The translations under genes and the position numbers were made by a program. A stretch of 64,000 nt of DNA from Bdellovibrionales bacterium (lineage in GTDB: Bacteria > Bdellovibrionota > Bdellovibrionia > Bdellovibrionales > Bdellovibrionaceae): contig JBBQHD010000003.1 of NCBI GenBank assembly GCA_038323665.1, positions 6,575 through 70,574 on the forward strand, written 5' to 3'. Shown piece by piece: positions 28,092 through 37,938 of the stretch. Position 1 is the stretch's first letter, and every line of letters begins with the position of its first letter. Under the pieces are notes generated by a model that made no database searches, was not told the DNA's origin, and worked only from the letters and a program-made list of their open reading frames with translations.

Positions 28092-29225
28092 CTAAACAAA
28101 GAAAAAAGGTTCAATTTCAATTGGGTCTTCGTTGGCGGGATGCAGAAATTTGGGAACATCTTCGCCAGGGGGAACCATGCAGTAAATGCCAAAGGGGATT
28201 TCATTGCCGACCCAGCCTGGTGGTTTGCGTAAATGTAAATCAGATCTTGTTTGAGCATAAACTAAGAAAGCACTTTTGCGGGTTTTTTCGTAAGCTTTGA
28301 AAAGTAAGGCTGCAAAAATATCCGCATTGTCCGCATACAAATGGGTCAGATAATCAAAATCCAAAATTCCAGGCGAACTTAATCTGTGAATGGGTTTGGT
28401 TAATTTCCTGGTCCAGCCCAACAAACTTCCGAATTTTAAAAATTGTCGAAAATTGTGACTGACCAAATTATAAGAAACCGGAATTAATTCTTCAACCCCA
28501 GCAGAAGTCCATGGGGCACAACATCCGACCACTTTGCCTTCGCCATCAAGAGCTACCAAAAATCGCATCGGATCTAAACCCGGCCAGCGTTTCATATTTT
28601 CTGCGAAAACTTTGGGATTCCAATTACGGCCTAACTCTCGGTGAATGGATTTTTCGGTTAGATAAGTAATCCACTTGTCGTGAGCAATTTCGTGGCCACG
28701 CACAATGCGAATGGTTTTCAAAGCAGGATTGCACCAGGGAAATTGTCCATGCAAAGTCACCAAATACATGCGGCGATACAAATGATAACTGGGCATCGGT
28801 CGCCTGCGCGCGCGCGGTCGCACAAAAGCATTCAGCGCCTGCAGTTCATAACGATTGATAATGGAAAAAACATGATGGGCCCGCAGTTCACGGCGAATTT
28901 CTTCGAACACCGGCAGAAAAAATTTGGTCCAGCCAATAATGGCTTCGCGCACAGGGCTGATGCGCAAATCGCGAGCGAAAATCACGCGGGTGGGAATGCC
29001 CTCCAGCCAAATTTCCTGGGCCACAAAAGTGGCGACGCCGAAAAGTTCGCGGGTGGTTTCGTCTCTTAAGCAATAAGTGATATAATCAGGACTTTGAATT
29101 TCATAAGGGGTAAAAAACAATCCCTGTCGATCGACGCGGATTTCCACCGGGGAGGCCAGGGGGAATTTTTTGAAAAAATCAGAAAGTTCTTGCGCGTCGG
29201 TGTAATGGGCTTTTTCTAAAATCAT
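28092..29225 (-). CDS. hypothetical protein (~377 aa), family not recognised (possibly acyltransferase-like)
   Basis: Long ORF whose ATG at 29225 overlaps the stop of the upstream adenosyltransferase gene (ATGA). Confidence 0.5.
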   Translation of the reverse strand: MILEKAHYTDAQELSDFFKKFPLASPVEIRVDRQGLFFTPYEIQSPDYITYCLRDETTRELFGVATFVAQEIWLEGIPTRVIFARDLRISPVREAIIGWTKFFLPVFEEIRRELRAHHVFSIINRYELQALNAFVRPRARRRPMPSYHLYRRMYLVTLHGQFPWCNPALKTIRIVRGHEIAHDKWITYLTEKSIHRELGRNWNPKVFAENMKRWPGLDPMRFLVALDGEGKVVGCCAPWTSAGVEELIPVSYNLVSHNFRQFLKFGSLLGWTRKLTKPIHRLSSPGILDFDYLTHLYADNADIFAALLFKAYEKTRKSAFLVYAQTRSDLHLRKPPGWVGNEIPFGIYCMVPPGEDVPKFLHPANEDPIEIEPFFFV

Positions 29226-29782
29226 TTTGATTTCCAAATAACTTCGGTGGCGCCTAATTTGAAATCAACAAAACGCGCCAGGGTAAATAAATAATCACTC
29301 AGGCGATTGATATAGGGCAAATAATTTTGTTTTTCTTCGCCGGAAAAATCTTGCGCCGTCATTTGTCTTTCCGCGCGGCGACAGATCGATCGCGACAGGT
29401 GGGCAAAACTAGATACCTTGTGCGCCCCTGGTAAAATAAAGTTTTTTAAAACCGGCATCTGCGTGGTCATTTCATCAATATGACTTTCCATTTGCGAAAC
29501 TCGTGCGGGCGACAAAGGACTTAATTTTTTTCGCATATCTAAGTCTTCGCAGGCCAGCAAACTTCCCAAAGCGAAAAGATCATTTTGAATTTCTTGAATC
29601 TGTGCAGTTTGGGCGCCCAGTTGTTGGGGAAAATCCAAAAGATGTGCATGCACGATCCCAATGCTGCTGGAAACTTCATCGATGGTTCCATAAGTGTCGA
29701 CGCGAACAGCATTTTTGTTGACAACACTGCCGCCAAGAAGTTTGGTTTCGCCTAAATCGCCGAAGCGCGTATAAATTTTCAT
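29222..29782 (-). CDS. PduO-type ATP:cob(I)alamin adenosyltransferase
   Basis: N terminus MKIYTRFGDLGETKLLGG...RVDTYGTIDE and 186 aa length, both typical of the PduO/MMAB family. Confidence 0.85.
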   Translation of the reverse strand: MKIYTRFGDLGETKLLGGSVVNKNAVRVDTYGTIDEVSSSIGIVHAHLLDFPQQLGAQTAQIQEIQNDLFALGSLLACEDLDMRKKLSPLSPARVSQMESHIDEMTTQMPVLKNFILPGAHKVSSFAHLSRSICRRAERQMTAQDFSGEEKQNYLPYINRLSDYLFTLARFVDFKLGATEVIWKSK

Positions 29783-29842
29783 GTCTTGATAATTCTGAAT
29801 CAGATTGACCGCGCGGGCAAGCTCTCACAAAATGCCTGACAT

Positions 29843-30640
29843 ATGGCTGCGTTTTTAATCACAATTCCCCATGCGGGTGAAATCATTCCACTGCAAGCGA
29901 CTTGGCTGAAAGATTTGCCCGAGCAGGTTTTGATGTGCGATGCCGATCGTTATGTCGACCAACTTTACCTTCCGGTGATTGCAGAATTAAAAATTTCTTC
30001 AGTGGTTGCAGAATTTCATCGTTATTGCGGAGATTTAAACCGACTGCCCGAAGACATTGACGCATCGACGGTCGAGGGCAGCGCCCATCCAGCGGGAAAA
30101 TTTCCTCGGGGTTTTATTTGGGGAATCACGACCACCAAATTGTCTTTGCTGACTAAACCAATTTCGCAGCAAGTTTATGCCGAACTGGTGGATTTAATTC
30201 ACAAACCCTTTCATCAAAAAATTTCTCGTTACAGCAAAAATTTAAAAGAAAAATATGCCAGCCAAGTTTTGTATCACTTAGATCTGCACAGCATGCCGTC
30301 CAAAGGAACTTCTGAACACCGCGATCCCGGCGAAATGCGCGCCGACATCGTGATCAGCGATCAGCAGGGAAAAAGTGCATCGAAGAAATTTTTGGATTTG
30401 GTGGTGCAAAGTTATCAATCCGTCGGTTTCAAAGTCGCGCTGAACTGGCCCTACTACGGCGGCCGCATCACGGAACAATATGGCAAACCAGCGCAAGGTC
30501 ATGAAACCATTCAGGTGGAATTAAACCGGGCATTGTATATGGATGAAGTGTCGAAACAGAAATCAGGGCAATTTATGGCGACGCAGGGGCAGTTGTCGCA
30601 AGCGATTCGCTGTGTTTCAGAAAAATTGTCATTGTTTTGA
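29843..30640 (+). CDS. N-formylglutamate amidohydrolase-family protein
   Basis: ITIPHAGEIIP near the N terminus and HLDLHSMPS in the centre resemble the FGase family metal-binding motifs. Confidence 0.6.
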   Translation: MAAFLITIPHAGEIIPLQATWLKDLPEQVLMCDADRYVDQLYLPVIAELKISSVVAEFHRYCGDLNRLPEDIDASTVEGSAHPAGKFPRGFIWGITTTKLSLLTKPISQQVYAELVDLIHKPFHQKISRYSKNLKEKYASQVLYHLDLHSMPSKGTSEHRDPGEMRADIVISDQQGKSASKKFLDLVVQSYQSVGFKVALNWPYYGGRITEQYGKPAQGHETIQVELNRALYMDEVSKQKSGQFMATQGQLSQAIRCVSEKLSLF

Positions 30641-30800
30641 TTCATGGGACGCGCGTTATCGGATTTTTTGCGATCTTTAAAAAAGAAAAAACTTCGCCTC
30701 AGATCGAACACAGCGCGAGCATTACCGGCGCCGGCAGTAAAATTCGCTGCGCTTTTCCAAGCTTGCGGGAACCAGACGATCTAGCTATCTTATCTGCGAA

Positions 30801-32180
30801 GTGAAAAAAATCTTTCGAAAAATTTTAAAATCTATGTCTTCGGTAAAAATGGCCGTGGTGATTATCCTATCCATTTGTGCTGTCATTGCTGCCGGAACTT
30901 TTGTTGAATCCAAATACGATGCCTTTGCTGCGCGGAAAATGGTTTATGAAACTGCGTGGATGTTTGTGCCGATGATTTTTTTGGCGCTTTGTCTGATTGC
31001 CGTCATGGTGGATCGGCTGCCTTGGAAAAAACGGCATATTCCCTTTATTTTTGCGCACATTGGAATTTTGGTGTTAATGGCGGGATCCTTGATCACCATG
31101 TTTTATGGAATCGATGGAACGATGGCCATCGATATTGGCAAAAAATCTCAGTATGTTTCGCTGCAATTTCAAAACGAAATTTGGATTTCAGCCAGTTACG
31201 ATGGCGAGAAATTTTCGCAGATCCATCAACAAGAAATCGATTTTTTTAATCATCCCCCCAGCCGCGAGCGTCCACTGAAATTCGCCACCGATGGTGGATC
31301 GATCGATATTATCGGTTACAAAAAATATGTTATTCCGCAAAAGAAAATTTCAGAAAGCCAAGAAATTCACGCTGGATCCGCTGTTCGAGTGCAGCTGAAA
31401 AATAAAAATGTCAGCACGGTCGAGTGGTTGTTGCAGAAAAAACAAAATCAAACTGCCAGTCAAAAAATCGGCTTGTTGGAAGTTTTTCTGGGACCAGCTC
31501 CGAAACAGGGCCGCATGCAAAATGAAATTTATTTGCAAGCACTTGAAAATCAGAAAACTCCGACTTTGCTAATGACGCAGTTTTCGAAAGAAAGTCACAA
31601 GCCTAAATTAATTAAAACTTTGCACGAAGGCGATTCCGTTGCCTTGGGCTGGATGGGTTTGGAACTGACGGTGTTGCAATACTTTCCCAAGGCTGTCGAA
31701 ACTTGGGATTTAATCGACCGCGAAGTTCCCACGCCGCTGACGACATCGGCGATTTTGGTTCGTTCGTGGGCGGGTGAGCAGTGGGCGGTTCTGGACGATT
31801 CATTTAAAATTTTCACCAAAGATGCAGTTTATTTTTTCAGTTATATCAGCAAAAAAATTAATTTAGGCTTCCCTGTTTATTTGGACCGATTCGATATGAC
31901 TTCTTACGAGGGCATCGGCAAGGCCAAGGAATACGAAAGCCAAGTTCGCTTTGATGCGCAGCCAGCGCAAAAAATTTCCATGAACGAACCAGGAAAATTT
32001 GCAGGACTGACTTTTTATCAATCCAGTTTTCAAAACGATGAAAGTGGCAAACCCACAGCCTCGATTTTTACCGTCAATTTCGATCCGGGCCGCGAATTAA
32101 AATATTTGGGTTCACTGATTTTAAGTTTGGGAATTGTCCTGCTGTTTTGGCAAAGACGCAGCCGGAAAAAGATTTCTTAA
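30801..32180 (+). CDS. ccsB: cytochrome c biogenesis protein ResB/Ccs1 (System II)
   Basis: N-terminal TM segments, a large soluble domain and a C-terminal TM segment (LGSLILSLGIVLLFW). A ccsA gene lies nearby. Confidence 0.75.
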   Translation: MKKIFRKILKSMSSVKMAVVIILSICAVIAAGTFVESKYDAFAARKMVYETAWMFVPMIFLALCLIAVMVDRLPWKKRHIPFIFAHIGILVLMAGSLITMFYGIDGTMAIDIGKKSQYVSLQFQNEIWISASYDGEKFSQIHQQEIDFFNHPPSRERPLKFATDGGSIDIIGYKKYVIPQKKISESQEIHAGSAVRVQLKNKNVSTVEWLLQKKQNQTASQKIGLLEVFLGPAPKQGRMQNEIYLQALENQKTPTLLMTQFSKESHKPKLIKTLHEGDSVALGWMGLELTVLQYFPKAVETWDLIDREVPTPLTTSAILVRSWAGEQWAVLDDSFKIFTKDAVYFFSYISKKINLGFPVYLDRFDMTSYEGIGKAKEYESQVRFDAQPAQKISMNEPGKFAGLTFYQSSFQNDESGKPTASIFTVNFDPGRELKYLGSLILSLGIVLLFWQRRSRKKIS

Positions 32181-32199
32181 ACTTAAGCAAACAGACCAT

Positions 32200-33411
32200 C
32201 TAACCACGATCGCGATTGTGCTTCCCGCAAAGCAGCCGCAAATTTTCCACCGAGTTTTCACCCAAATGGCGAAATGGATGAACATGATCAAATTGAATTT
32301 GATAACGAGATTCGCATTTTTTCTGAGTGCCAGGATCAACAAACTGGCAACAGCCTTGGTCGCGCTGCCAAACAAGTTTTTTTACCGATGCCGATATATA
32401 ACGAGATCGTTTTTGGCTGGGTTTATTGTGGGCGTGTCTTTGTAAGGTGATGGGACTAAGTTTTTCTTTTGAATCTTCGCTGAGAGGTTCGGCGCCGGTA
32501 ATGCTCGCATCCTGTTCGATTTGAGAAGGATCAGCCGATTTATTTTGAAGGGACTTATTTTGCGGAGATTGATCTTTAATGGATTTATCTTGGCCGGGTT
32601 TATCTTGAACCGATTTCTTTTTAGCTAACTGTCCATGCAGTTTTTCAACCATAACTTTGAAAAACTGCGCCTGGGTCATATCAGGATTCTGGTGCGACAT
32701 CCAAAGTTTCAGTTCATCCATTTTTTCTTTTGTCTCGTTATCTATTACAAAGCGAAGTTCAATTAAGTTTTCAGATAGGATTTTTTCTTGTTCTTTGGAT
32801 TTCAAACAAAGTTCAGGTGCAAGTTTAAATAATTCTTTCTCGGCTTCGCGGGTTGACTTATTTTCCAGTTTTTTAAAAAGCTCGGTTTTTTCTGCAATCG
32901 AGATCTTCTTACCAGAATCGCTAGCTTTCTTATTTAAGAAATTCTGACCCTGACTGACCACCGATAAACTTAAAGAACGATCCGCAATTTTCTTCCTTAA
33001 TTCAGGAATTTCAGAAATCGCACGAGCTGCTTGAATTCTGCGCATGGCCGAAGACGGCTCATAGCCTAAATCTTTGGTTACAAAATCGAACAGCGAACTA
33101 AATCCTAATTTCAGAAAAATCTTTCTTCGGTTGATTTCAGCAATCAGCTCGATCACTTGCAAAGTTAGATCTTGTTCGTTTTTGGCAGCTTTCCTGATTT
33201 CCGCGATCAGCGCCCCGTTATCCAGGGATTTGATAGTTTCATCTTTCGACAAAGATTTGGTTTCAATTGAGATGCCTTTGTTTGAGGGGTTTTTAACTTC
33301 AGGAGATTTTTTTTCGAGTGAAATACTTTCGCGCGAAGTATTTCGAACTTCAGATAGTTCAGAACAAAATTCCAATTGAACTTCTTTCGAGTAATCATAT
33401 TCTTCCAGCAC
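32200..33411 (-). CDS. HNH endonuclease with DUF222-like N-domain, intact copy A (403 aa)
   Basis: DUF222-like core (LGFSSLFDFVTKDLGYEPSSAMRRIQAARAI) and a C-terminal HNH motif (CCQFVDPGTQKKCESRYQIQFDHVHPFRHLGENSVENLRLLCGKHN). GTG start. Confidence 0.8.
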   Translation of the reverse strand: MLEEYDYSKEVQLEFCSELSEVRNTSRESISLEKKSPEVKNPSNKGISIETKSLSKDETIKSLDNGALIAEIRKAAKNEQDLTLQVIELIAEINRRKIFLKLGFSSLFDFVTKDLGYEPSSAMRRIQAARAISEIPELRKKIADRSLSLSVVSQGQNFLNKKASDSGKKISIAEKTELFKKLENKSTREAEKELFKLAPELCLKSKEQEKILSENLIELRFVIDNETKEKMDELKLWMSHQNPDMTQAQFFKVMVEKLHGQLAKKKSVQDKPGQDKSIKDQSPQNKSLQNKSADPSQIEQDASITGAEPLSEDSKEKLSPITLQRHAHNKPSQKRSRYISASVKKLVWQRDQGCCQFVDPGTQKKCESRYQIQFDHVHPFRHLGENSVENLRLLCGKHNRDRG

Positions 33412-33655
33412 ACATCCTCATTTCCACTTCAAGATCGAAGTAGAAAAAACTTATCATAGGTTTTTAAAATGCAAATTTCGCGTTATTCAAGAATAACAAA
33501 TGCGCAAAGCAAAGCCTGGCCTAAACGCACGAATCGGGCCATTGGCGTAGGCTTATAAAAAATTAGAAAAAACAGCTTTCCTGAAAAAAATAATTTAAAT
33601 TAGGCGTATTTAATCGATAAGAAAACTCGTCAATATTTTTTATTTTTTAACGCCA
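33412..33655 (-). repeat. conserved ~240-bp leader of the HNH gene family (copy A)
   Basis: Block-wise similarity to 46265-46505, and more distantly to 19300-19574. Confidence 0.8.
33607..33633 (-). promoter_or_regulatory. candidate sigma70-type promoter of HNH copy A
   Basis: On the minus strand: TTGACG, 15 nt, TAAATA. Both hexamers and the spacing are conserved in copy B. Confidence 0.3.
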
Positions 33656-33828
33656 GACGCGAAACCAAAGGGAACGGCGTAATTTAAAGCTAAACCCATA
33701 CCCGCAAACTATATCGCGCTGGGTATCTCGACAAAGACAAATCCAAAAGTTTGATATGGAACCATTGCGATCGGCAGAAGTGCCTCTATTGCTTGATGAA
33801 AATAATGGGCACGAAGGCCCACAACACA

Positions 33829-35658
33829 TTAGCTTTTGACTGGAGTTTGTTTGCCAAGCCGTTCAGAAAGTTCAATCCAACGATTTTCAATTTTATCTAA
33901 TTTAGCCACATTCGCGGTTAAATTTCCCAGCAGTTCAGACAAAACTTCGGGCGCAGAATTGCCACTAGCGATTTCCGCGTTGATCTCGGTATTCAGCTGT
34001 TCGATTTCATCAATTTGTTTTTCGCACAAGGCAATGTCGCGTTCCAGTTGGCGAATTTGTTTTTCCTGATCGCGCGGGCTTTTACCAACCACAGTTTTCT
34101 CAGGCGATTTAACAGTCACAGATTTTTGTAAGGACAGCGAAATAGGTTTTTCACCGCCATCCAAAATTAAACTGCGTTGCAAGCTCCAAACATATTCGTC
34201 GTAAGTTCCGGGATACAGATGCACATCGCCGCCGGAAACTTCTAAAATTTTTGTTCCCACTCGGCGCACGAAACTGCGATCGTGACTGACCACAATCAAA
34301 GTGCCTTCATAGGCCACCAATGCTTGCGTCAATGCCTCGACAGTTTGAAAATCCAAATGGTTGGTGGGTTCGTCCAGCAGCAGGCAGGGAACTTTTTGTA
34401 ATAAAATTCTGCCCAAGGCGACGCGGGATTTTTCACCGCCAGACAAAACTTTGATTTTCTTATCAATGGCGGCCGATGAAAATAATAAAGATCCCGCCAT
34501 ATTGCGAATTTCTTGAGTGCTGACATCCAAAGACGAAAGTTCCTGCAAAGAATCGAAAACCGAGTGCTGCGGATTTAAATTCTCTGCAACATGTTGGTTG
34601 AAGATGGCGACTTCTACTTGGTATCCCAAAGTGCGCTGGCCTTTCATCGGCGGCAAGGTTCCTGCAAGTCCTTTCAGCAAAGTCGATTTGCCGGCTCCGT
34701 TCAAACCAACAACGGCAACATGGTCGCCGCGTTTAATTTCCAGCGAAACGTTTTTAATCACCGAGCGATCACCGTAACCAAAAAAACTTTCTTCCAATTT
34801 TAAAATCGATTTACCGACGGGATTTGGTTTGGGAATTTTAATCGTGGCCTGAACGGGCACTGCCTTAAATTCAATGACTTCCATTTTTTCCAAAGTTTTT
34901 AATTTACTTTGCGCCTGCTTGGCTTTGGTTGCCTTTGCGCCAAAGCGCGTAACAAAATCCATCACGGTTTTTCGTTTGGCGGCTTGGTTTTGCGCTTGTG
35001 CTTCTAGTTGGGATCTTAACAGTTCTTTTTGTTCAAAATAATCATCAATATTTCCGCTGAATTTAACAATTTCGCCGGATTCAACTTCCAAAGTATGATC
35101 GGTGGTTCTGCGCAGAACTTCGCGGTCGTGGGAAATCAGCAAAAAAGCGCCTTCGTAACTTTGTAAAAATTGTTCCAGCAGCAAAGTGGTTTCTAAATCC
35201 AAATAATTCGTTGGCTCATCCAGCATCATTAAATTGGGATCGCGTCCCAGCAGACCAATTAATTTTATTCGCATGCGGTAACCGCCGCTTAAATCCATAA
35301 TGCGTTTGGCAAAAAGTTCTTCGCTGACTTTCAATTCCCGGCCGCGCAGTTTGGCTTCCCAGACGGGCAGAGTGCAAACTTTTTCTAAATAAGTATTTCC
35401 AGTTTCATCCGGTTCCCATTCATCATGCTGCGACAAATAACCCAGACGCAGGGCCCGCGACTGCACGATCTGCCCCTGATCCAATTCTTCTTGCCCCAAT
35501 AAAATTTTAAACAAAGTCGTTTTGCCCGCACCATTAGGGCCAATCACGCCCACATGTTCGCCTTCATTGATGGAAAAAGTCGCTTCATCAAAAAGCACTT
35601 GCGCGCCATAAGCCTTGTGGCCATTTTTCAGCTGTAAAAGATTTTGGGAATTTGACAT
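33829..35658 (-). CDS. ABC-F family ATPase (two ABC domains, no TM domain)
   Basis: Walker A GPNGAGKTT and GLNGAGKST. Signature motifs LSGGYRMR and LSGGEKSR. Coiled-coil C-terminal tail. Confidence 0.9.
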   Translation of the reverse strand: MSNSQNLLQLKNGHKAYGAQVLFDEATFSINEGEHVGVIGPNGAGKTTLFKILLGQEELDQGQIVQSRALRLGYLSQHDEWEPDETGNTYLEKVCTLPVWEAKLRGRELKVSEELFAKRIMDLSGGYRMRIKLIGLLGRDPNLMMLDEPTNYLDLETTLLLEQFLQSYEGAFLLISHDREVLRRTTDHTLEVESGEIVKFSGNIDDYFEQKELLRSQLEAQAQNQAAKRKTVMDFVTRFGAKATKAKQAQSKLKTLEKMEVIEFKAVPVQATIKIPKPNPVGKSILKLEESFFGYGDRSVIKNVSLEIKRGDHVAVVGLNGAGKSTLLKGLAGTLPPMKGQRTLGYQVEVAIFNQHVAENLNPQHSVFDSLQELSSLDVSTQEIRNMAGSLLFSSAAIDKKIKVLSGGEKSRVALGRILLQKVPCLLLDEPTNHLDFQTVEALTQALVAYEGTLIVVSHDRSFVRRVGTKILEVSGGDVHLYPGTYDEYVWSLQRSLILDGGEKPISLSLQKSVTVKSPEKTVVGKSPRDQEKQIRQLERDIALCEKQIDEIEQLNTEINAEIASGNSAPEVLSELLGNLTANVAKLDKIENRWIELSERLGKQTPVKS

Positions 35659-35746
35659 AGAGATTCTATCTGTAGCCGAAGTTTGCGGATTCGTCAGTTA
35701 AGAAAAACAATTTGGACTGTAAGGACAGATCAAGGTAGAAACTCGT

Positions 35747-37333
35747 ATGAAGTTTTTCATCCTAAGTTTTCTTTTCGCCTTACAATCCTTTGCAAGCCTA
35801 AATGACCTGGCCGTTCAAGACGGCGGCCGCATCAAACCCTACGATTCTTTTGCCAAGGAAACCCTGCAGTTGATCTATGGCAAAAAAACTTACAACCAAA
35901 AACCCGCAACCGAAATTGTGCTGACCTGGCTATTGGTGCCGACAGTTTGGTTGGATCAAAAGATCTTTGAACTTAGAAATCCTCAGATTCTAGAAAAATT
36001 AAATCTGGCGGCGGCAGATCGCTATTATTCCAGCCAACAACTGTTTGAAAACCGTCAATTTCGCGAATTAATGGAAGAACTTAAGCAACAGCGCGCAAGC
36101 AAAGAAAAACTGACGCCTTATTTCCAGGCCCTGCAAAGATTGGAAAGCCAATTTTTTGTTTTTCGCGAAATGATTTCGGGTAATTTGCTGAAGCTGATTC
36201 CCGTTTCCGGCAAAGACTCTTGGCAGGCGGTTTCAGAATTTCCAAGACCTGCACAAGATTTATTTGCAAAACTGGCGCAAAGTTTTGTGCAAAGTTTGGA
36301 TAAACCCGAAGGGCAAAAACAAACGGCGCAGCTGGCGCAAGAATTTAAAACCTACGCCCGCGCCCAAGCGCCGGAAAAATATCCCAGCGATTTCCGTCTG
36401 CAGGCAGAAGTTCACTACAATCAATTTCATCCATTTTTGTGGGCTTCGATTTGCTATGGTCTGGCCGCGATTTTTCTAATGCTGACCTGGGTTTTTGGAA
36501 AATCTTGGGGAGTCAAATTCGGCTGGTTTTTTGCGCTGACTGCTTTTGCGCTGCACACCTATGGATTTGTTTTAAGAATTTTTCTGGCTGGCCGTCCACC
36601 CGTGTCTAATATGTATGAAAGCATTGTCTGGGTTGCCTGGGGCACATTTGTATTTTCGATGATCTTAGAAATTATTTACCGCCGCAGATTTATTTTGTGG
36701 GCGGGCAGTCTGGCCAGTTGCATCGCACTGATTATTGCCGATCAAGCACCGACAATTTTGGATTCTTCGATTCAACCGTTGGAAGCTGTCTTGCGCAGCA
36801 ATCTTTGGCTGACGATTCATGTGCTGACCATCACGCTTAGTTACGCAGCATTCCTGCTGGCATTTATTTTAGGAAATGCCGGGCTGTTTATGTATGCCGG
36901 CAAGCAAGAACCCAATCCGCAAAAAGTTAAACCATTAGTTGAAGCCATCTATCGCAGCATGCAAATCGGAGTTGGATTTCTGGCGCCGGGAATTATTCTG
37001 GGCGGCATTTGGGCAGATTATTCTTGGGGCCGATTTTGGGGTTGGGACCCCAAAGAAACTTGGGCCCTGATCGTGTTGCTTGGTTATATCGCAGTTTTGC
37101 ACGCGCGCATCTCAAAATGGATTCAAGATTTCGGAACTATTGCAGCAGCAGTAGTCAGTTTTTCACTGGTAATTATGGCTTGGTATGGAGTGAACTATGT
37201 CTTGGGTGCGGGTTTGCATTCCTACGGATTCGGCGCGGGTGGATTTCAGTATGTGGGAAGTTTTGTTATGCTGGAAATCTTCGCAGTTATTTATATTTTG
37301 CTGTTAAGAAAATTTCGTCTGCACAAAAATTAA
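35747..37333 (+). CDS. ccsA: cytochrome c biogenesis protein CcsA/ResC (System II haem handling)
   Basis: Trp-rich WWD motif WGRFWGWDPKETWALI and a polytopic C-terminal half. Has an N-terminal periplasmic extension. Confidence 0.85.
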   Translation: MKFFILSFLFALQSFASLNDLAVQDGGRIKPYDSFAKETLQLIYGKKTYNQKPATEIVLTWLLVPTVWLDQKIFELRNPQILEKLNLAAADRYYSSQQLFENRQFRELMEELKQQRASKEKLTPYFQALQRLESQFFVFREMISGNLLKLIPVSGKDSWQAVSEFPRPAQDLFAKLAQSFVQSLDKPEGQKQTAQLAQEFKTYARAQAPEKYPSDFRLQAEVHYNQFHPFLWASICYGLAAIFLMLTWVFGKSWGVKFGWFFALTAFALHTYGFVLRIFLAGRPPVSNMYESIVWVAWGTFVFSMILEIIYRRRFILWAGSLASCIALIIADQAPTILDSSIQPLEAVLRSNLWLTIHVLTITLSYAAFLLAFILGNAGLFMYAGKQEPNPQKVKPLVEAIYRSMQIGVGFLAPGIILGGIWADYSWGRFWGWDPKETWALIVLLGYIAVLHARISKWIQDFGTIAAAVVSFSLVIMAWYGVNYVLGAGLHSYGFGAGGFQYVGSFVMLEIFAVIYILLLRKFRLHKN

Positions 37334-37423
37334 AAAATCCCATTTTCATTTAGCTTGCAAAAAGAGATTGCATCGCAAATGATTCACCACTTAAATATGA
37401 ACATCATACAAAGGTGACACAAC

Positions 37424-37930
37424 ATGCGTTTTGTTTTCGGTGTTATATGCTTGTCGGCTTTACTTCTTAGCGGATGTAAATTTCCAAGCTTAGGTTACAA
37501 TAAAGGTTATGCTCCCGAGCAGCCGATCGCTTTCGATCACAGCTTGCACGTGGCAAAAAATAATATTCAATGTCAGTATTGCCACAATCAGGTCGAGCGT
37601 TCGAAGCACTCGAACATTCCTGCCTTGTCGACATGTATGAATTGCCATTTGCAAGTGGCCACCGGCAAACCCGGAATCATCAAATTGCGCGAAGCCTACG
37701 ACAAGGGTGAATCCATTCAATGGGTAAAAGTCCATATGTTGCCAGATCATGTTCATTTCAATCACTCGGCGCATTTAACTCGCGGAGTAAATTGCCAAGA
37801 ATGTCATGGTCCCATCGAAAAAATGTCCAGGGTTCAACAATACTCAGATCTAAGCATGGGCTGGTGTATTAATTGTCATCGCAAACCAGAAAACAATGCT
37901 CCACTGAACTGCACAACATGCCACCACTAG
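37424..37930 (+). CDS. actA: alternative complex III subunit ActA (multihaem cytochrome c)
   Basis: Five CxxCH motifs (CQYCH, CMNCH, CQECH, CINCH, CTTCH) and an N-terminal lipobox/TM segment. First gene of the act operon. Confidence 0.85.
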   Translation: MRFVFGVICLSALLLSGCKFPSLGYNKGYAPEQPIAFDHSLHVAKNNIQCQYCHNQVERSKHSNIPALSTCMNCHLQVATGKPGIIKLREAYDKGESIQWVKVHMLPDHVHFNHSAHLTRGVNCQECHGPIEKMSRVQQYSDLSMGWCINCHRKPENNAPLNCTTCHH

Positions 37931-37938
37931 AGGAAAAC

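Noticed and set aside
37873-37938. N-terminal extensions suggested by the ORF track (actB from 37873, gspI from 17623, ssb from 11488, 10286..10981, 3265..4611, gspD from 26321)
   Set aside because: The extensions overlap the preceding gene or lack coding character. Downstream starts have better RBSs and give canonical N termini (a signal peptide, a prepilin motif, or MAGINK... for SSB).
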